Positions 58,889 to 64,000 of a DNA stretch of 64,000 bases are shown one piece after another. The DNA comes from the human T2T-CHM13v2.0 reference genome, Homo sapiens. The position numbers and the translations under genes are program-made. The stretch lies in the NCBI RefSeq assembly GCF_009914755.1, contig NC_060926.1, one strand, 5' to 3'. How positions within the stretch are numbered: the first letter of the stretch is position 1; every line of letters starts with the position of its first letter. The notes under the pieces were generated by a model. That model was not told the origin of the DNA and searched no databases. It worked only from the letters and a program-made list of their open reading frames with translations.

Positions 58889-60383
58889 ATCAGCCCATAC
58901 TGTTCATGTATAAATGTAACCAACTTATGTTGGTTTGTATAGGCAGTTGGCATGGATTTCCTCTGAAACTGCATGTCTGTTTTCCCTGCAGACTTCTTCC
59001 TAGAATGGGAGGGTGGTAGCTATTGCCATGAAAATTTGGTGTGTATTCTGATCATCGGGGTTTTTCTATGCTGCCTGTCTGAGAAGCAGGCAGGTGACAC
59101 TTGCCAACAACTCCTGGAGTGGTTTATGCTCCTTATTCCGGCAGGCACTTCTCACTGAATTAGGAGTGGGCATATGGGAGGGAGAGTAGGAGGAGAACAG
59201 AACATTCTCAGATCAAAGAATATTGGTCTAACGGCTTCTAAAATGTGATGAAACTTTGTTGTGATCGCACTCTACCACGGGGATCTTGGTGAGGGTGTTA
59301 ATGGTAGAGAGCCTTTCAGCCCAGGCTGGAGGCTTGGAGATTTTCCCAGCACAGTGGGAAGGCACTGGAGGGTTCTAACCAGGGGAGTCATGTGATCTGA
59401 TGTATAAATCATTTCATTTTGGAAATGATGAAATATTTGATGGAAAAGAATATTTGTTATTTTAATATAGCAAGATGAAGAATATTAATGAAATGAACAC
59501 TCACAGGATATTCCAAACCAATTTAAGTAATATTTTATCAGCCAGGGTCCAATCAGCTGACTGAAGCCATACTAGTTATTTGAACAAAGTGAATTTAATA
59601 TAAAGAATTGCTAAGTACTTCTGCAGTTGTTAACTAGGTAGGGGGAGGGTGAAGGGAAAGCACTAGAGGTGTCATAGAGGTCGCAACTGCAGGGAGCAGC
59701 TACCACTCTGGGAGCTAGGAGAACAAAGGGAAGATGCTAGAATTACTAAAACTTGGAAGCTTAGGGGAGGAGCCCACAGAGATAAAATCTAGGTCTCTGA
59801 GGAGGGTGCACTGCTTGGCTAGTGATGTTACCAGAACCTTAAATTTCCCTGAGAACCTCCCCTGAATGTTACTTCCTAGCCCACAGAATTAACCACTGTC
59901 CTGACTTTATCCCTGTCCATTTCTTTAGAGTTTTACCACATAATTATTTCCATGCATTTCTTTAGAATTTACCACATGCACATGTATGTATCCAGCATTA
60001 TATTATTAAGCACTCCCTGTTTTTAACGATTAAGAATAGTATCTTCTAAATGTTTTCTTCTAAGAGTTCTATAGTTTTAGCTTTTCTTTCAGGTGCATGA
60101 TCCATTTCCAGTTAATTGCTTTCACTCTTGGGTGAGGTGAGTGATGAGGTTCATTTTTTCCCCCATACCGAGACCCCAGCCTTGGCAGTCTCAGCGCAGA
60201 CACTCAGAATTGGACAACTGTCAGCAACCGCAGGAGACGGGTGCCCCTTGCCGGACAGCAGTGGGGAGGACCAGGAAGCCCACAGCAGCCCCACACAGCT
60301 CCTAATCCTGATTGGACACTGTGTATCCTAGTGTAGGCATAAGTTTCCTAACATTTTTTCATAGGCATTTCTGTTTGGTGGTT

Positions 60384-60801
60384 TGTGACAGTTAATTTTA
60401 TGTGTCAACTTGGCTATGCCATGGTAGCCAGATATTTGGTCAAAAACTATTTTAGATGTTACTGTGAATGCACTTTTAAGATGAGATGAACATTTAAATC
60501 AGTAGACTTGGAGAAGAGCAGATCACCCTCTATAACATAGGTGGGCCTCATCCAATCAATTAGAGGCCTTGAGACAAAGAAAGACAGACCTCCCTGAGGA
60601 AGAGGGAATTTGGCCAGCAGGCTGCTTTCAGACTCAAGTTGCAACCACAGCTCTTCTCTGGGTCTTTAGCCTACTCACCCACCCTCCAGATTTTGGACTT
60701 GCCAGCTTCCATAATCATGTGAGCCAAGTCCTTCCCATAACTGCTCTGTATCTGTACACATCCTATTGATTCTATTTCTTTGGAGAGTCTCACTAATACA
60801 T
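60384..60801 (+). mobile_element. MLT2 LTR
   Basis: tgtgacagttaattttatgtgtcaact..gggcctcatccaatca..actaataca. Confidence 0.9.
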
Positions 60802-61640
60802 GGTCTTTTTATTGGATTTTTGGAAATAGGACAACTTAATCTGCAAGGCTGTACTGAAATCTCTCTGTCAGCACTTCAATGCATGGATTGAGACTTTTGT
60901 TTGGTTCCGCATAGACAGTTGTGTCTAACTGGATGTGCAGAGGGGACAGTGGAACACTCTGCTGAGCACTTGGTCCAGGTTTCTGTGACCAAGAACAAAG
61001 AGGAGATGGATATTGGGGAGGCAACCAGTAGGCTACCATGGATGGAAAATGGCCCGCCGGGCTGGCCTTTTCCTTCTCTGAACTTAATTCTTTATCCAAA
61101 ACAGGTCCAAGCAGTAGGTGCACTTCTATGTGTGGTGAGACAAAGTCTTTTCAAGGTTTAGTATGTTTCTACAGTGGACCAGGCTCTAGAGGGCATATGT
61201 GGAAGCTGAATGGAGTAATTTTTGCTACTAGAGGAAACATCTGTTCTCTCCCCCAATCTTCCCGACCCCTTGCCTTTTCTCTCTATGGACACACATTGCA
61301 TTAGTTCCTTGGCTTCAGAGGCATTTGTTCCATTTCTATGTGTGGGGTGGAGGAAAGGACAGGTCCTGGGTAGGATTCAGGGATCCCCCCTGGCCAGGAG
61401 GCTGGCAGTCACGCTGAGCTCTGCTGCCCTGGGATCCATAAGAATAAAAGAAATGTCCTCTGATATTCATAAAATTTCCTCCATTTGTTTATTTAGAAGC
61501 CAAACATCCACAATTTATTATGTGAGGGTTGATCCCTGGACATAAAAGAATGATAGGATATGTTAAGTCCATGCTCTAAGACCTGACCAACAAGGCTGTG
61601 GCCCAGAGAATGCATGACACTCATTATATGCTTTGGAGGA

Positions 61641-61787
61641 CAAAGTCTGAGCCACTTTTGTGGTCTGAATTCCGGACAATCAGTGGTTGAAGCCGAAGAG
61701 CAGAGACAATTAAGTCATCCTGTGGCTTAGTATTATGACAACTTGACAATCATTTAAAACCCTAAGCCCTGACTTTTTAAGTGCTCT
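61641..61787 (-). pseudogene. VLIG relic exon E
   Basis: Strong acceptor ttttttgtttttactttctaactctag| after an 89-nt intron. With frameshifts reads RVLNDCQVV..TDCPE..KVAQTL (cf. SLDDCAQI..EDQRECKEAKEKAETI). Confidence 0.55.
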
Positions 61788-61876
61788 CTAGAGTTAGAAA
61801 GTAAAAACAAAAAATTAGGACACTTTCACAGCTGAGAAAAAAGTAATTTAAAGCATACAATCAGGTAAATATTTAC

Positions 61877-61953
61877 TTTTTGATATTGCAGAACTGGAAA
61901 ATGCATTCTCCAAGGATGTTGTCCAAATTAATCCTCCTCTTAGAGTTAATACC
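61877..61953 (-). pseudogene. VLIG relic exon D
   Basis: Strong acceptor cgtctcttcctttcag| and donor AA|gtaaat. Stop-free GINSKRRINLDNILGECIFQFCNIK has the same G-I..L...L...I spacing as GVIN GIKNRNEAELTEELTTTI. Confidence 0.65.
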
Positions 61954-62019
61954 CTGAAAGGAAGAGACGTTTGTCCAGAGCTGATTCAGATCCCCAATGT
62001 TTGTCCTCTGATGTGTATA

Positions 62020-62778
62020 ATAAAATGACTTCCAAACTCCAAAGGAAGATGAGGAAGGCCCAATGTGTGCTTCAGATTAACTTGATAATATACTTGATTT
62101 ACAAATGATCACATCAAATCACTAGAATTTTCTAAAATATCCTTTTATGCTGTAACTCATTTCTTTTCCAAGGGTGTTGTTAGAGAAGGTGCATTTGCAA
62201 TATTTTAACAATTTAACTGAGGCCAACTTTATAAAACAGTCACATAAAGATATAAAATAATGTTTAGGCAGATTATAATATTTAGCAACACAGGAAAATA
62301 AGGCTCACCCTTAATGATATTCAAAAACAGACATTCCAAGGAGAAAAACTTATGTTTTCTTTTTTTTCCATAAGTTTATAAGACATTGCAAGAAAAAAAT
62401 GATTAATTCCATCTTCTTTTTTTTTTTTTTTTTTTTTTGAGACAGAGTCTTGCTCTGTCACCCAGGCTGGAGTGCAGTGGCGCAATCTTGGCTCACTGCA
62501 AGCTCCACCTCCCGGTTCACGCCATTCTCCTGCCTCAGCCTCCCGAGTAGCTGGGACTACAGGCACCCGCCACCATGCCCAGCTAATTTTTTGTATTTTT
62601 TAGTAGAGACGGGGTTTCACCGTGTTAGCCAGGATGGTCTCGATTTCCTGATCTCGTGATCTGCCTGCCTTGGCCTCCCAAAGTGCTGGGATTACAGGCG
62701 TGAGCCACTGCCCCTGGCCCTTCTTCTTATTTTTTAATGAACCAGACACCAGCTAGGTGCAGGCTCAAGGCATTTTAC
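62020..62778 (-). pseudogene. VLIG relic exon C, interrupted by AluY
   Basis: Acceptor gtgcag|. Reads GKMP*..LAGVWFIKK*[AluY][25 protein letters not shown] (cf. GNIPR..VEISWF..F....FTNLHGD). 3' end uncertain. Confidence 0.6.
62417..62719 (-). mobile_element. AluY inserted into VLIG relic exon C
   Basis: Y diagnostics ctgcaagctcc, ttcacgccattctcc, cgtgttagccaggatggtctcgat. Confidence 0.95.
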
Positions 62779-62872
62779 CTGCACTGTTTAAGATAAAAGT
62801 CTTAAAAGCCCCAGTGGGCTAGGTAGGTTTCTCATTCATTTTGGTAACATTTGGGAAGAGAGGAGGCTCCAC

Positions 62873-63050
62873 CTGCATGAGATGCGGCCAGGGAAAGACT
62901 CCTCAGGGAGATCAAAGGAAACACATAGTTGATCAAAGGAAACAAGTAGCTGATTTCTTCTTGCAAAGATAAAAGTGGCTTTTAGACTAAGATTATGAGT
63001 ATTGGGATATTTTGAACTATAGGAATACCACTGAGTCCTGGAAACCTGGA
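62873..63050 (-). pseudogene. VLIG relic exon B (tentative)
   Basis: NIPILIILV*..KKS..LINYVF..SHA, then a phase-1 donor CAG|gtggag. A 94-nt intron leads to exon C and joins as G-KMP*. Confidence 0.45.
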
Positions 63051-63204
63051 ATCAGGACATACCAGATAAAATAGATAATGATATTAAGAAAAATATAGTT
63101 TTTCCTTCTATTTTCCCCTTCCTGTCTCTTTCTCTTTCCCCTCCCTCCTTTTCTTCCCTCCCTTCTCTCTCTTTCTCTCTCTCTCTACCTCTCTTCTTAT
63201 GGTT

Positions 63205-63466
63205 TGCAGCCACAATAAAAAGTAAAATGAAACCTATTCATTTTAAATAACAAATTTATTTAACCCAATATACCCCAAATGTTATGTTAATTGGGATCAA
63301 TATAAACATTATGAATGAGACATATTACAGTATTTTTGTTTTTTTGGCACTAAGTTTTTAAATTGGTGTGTGTTTTGCACTTACAGCACATTTCAATTTG
63401 GAAAAGACACATTTCAAGTGCTTAGCAGCTGCATGTGGCTTGTGGCCACTGTATTGGACAGTAAAG
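63205..63466. mobile_element. MER33 (hAT)
   Basis: tatttaacccaatata..gcacttacagcacatttcaattt..gtggccactgtattggacag. Confidence 0.85.
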
Positions 63467-63709
63467 CTCTGAGGAAAGGAAAGAGTGGCATTAGCAAATA
63501 TGTGTTTGATTCTAGTTTTGGGAGAAGTATTTTCAAGGCTGTGATAAGAAATATTGTTATGTGCCAGTTTATAAATGCCTTGATCTTGATTGCACATTTA
63601 GATATTTAATGATCTCAACCCTACATGGCAATGATGTATCAAACAAAATTTTCCTCAGGAGCCCACAAATGAGTTTGCCAGGCAGAATATTCCCAAAGTC
63701 TGTTGAAGG
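63467..63709 (-). pseudogene. VLIG relic exon A (tentative, N-terminal URG4-like region)
   Basis: Acceptor cccatag| at 63710-63711. Reads KLICGLLRKILFDTSLPCR, and in a shifted frame ILLPKLESNTYLLMPLFP (cf. VLIG ELPFYFLQKLLM.. and ILAKLSICQFALPL). Abutted by MER33. Confidence 0.45.
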
Positions 63710-64000
63710 CTATGGGCCGACACAGGAACAACATGACCCTCCATGGGGTTTAGCAGCCTGGAGCACGCTCATGGGGCCCATTCTGATCATTGTGATAAAG
63801 TGAGACAGACATCAAGGGGCTCCAAGGGAATATTTACTAGAAATAACTGGCTAGGAAAAACCTTAAAAGACACAAAACAATGTAAAGATGGTAGGTAAGG
63901 TTAAGAAAAAAAAATACTGACACGTTAATGTGAGGAAATAGAGAAGATTTATATGGGATATAACTGTAGATGGCAAGTGAAGTTTGGGGGAAATTTTTCT

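Overview
Primate (very likely human) AT-rich, CpG-depleted genomic DNA densely filled with interspersed repeats (Alu J/S/Y, FAM/FLAM, L1M, L2, L3/CR1, MIR, MaLR/ERVL/ERV1 LTRs, hAT MERs). No intact protein-coding gene, RNA gene, CpG island or CRISPR array is visible, and most track ORFs are Alu-derived or chance. The main find is on the minus strand from about 63,709 down to about 24,881: roughly 15 decayed, splice-site-flanked exon relics. Their conceptual translation follows the order of a very large inducible GTPase (VLIG: GVIN1/URGCP family): URG4-like N-terminal block, PLQ / REVxQI / PxELM / WxAA motifs, G1-G4 GTPase motifs, and a C-terminal RVxG..CPxC..FHxP Cys/His motif. Unlike the characterised mammalian GVIN ORF, which lies on one giant exon, this relic has many introns. 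It is therefore a candidate unitary pseudogene of a separate, anciently lost VLIG-family lineage. The homology was judged by eye against remembered family motifs and needs a profile search to confirm. Repeat subfamily names are also from memory.
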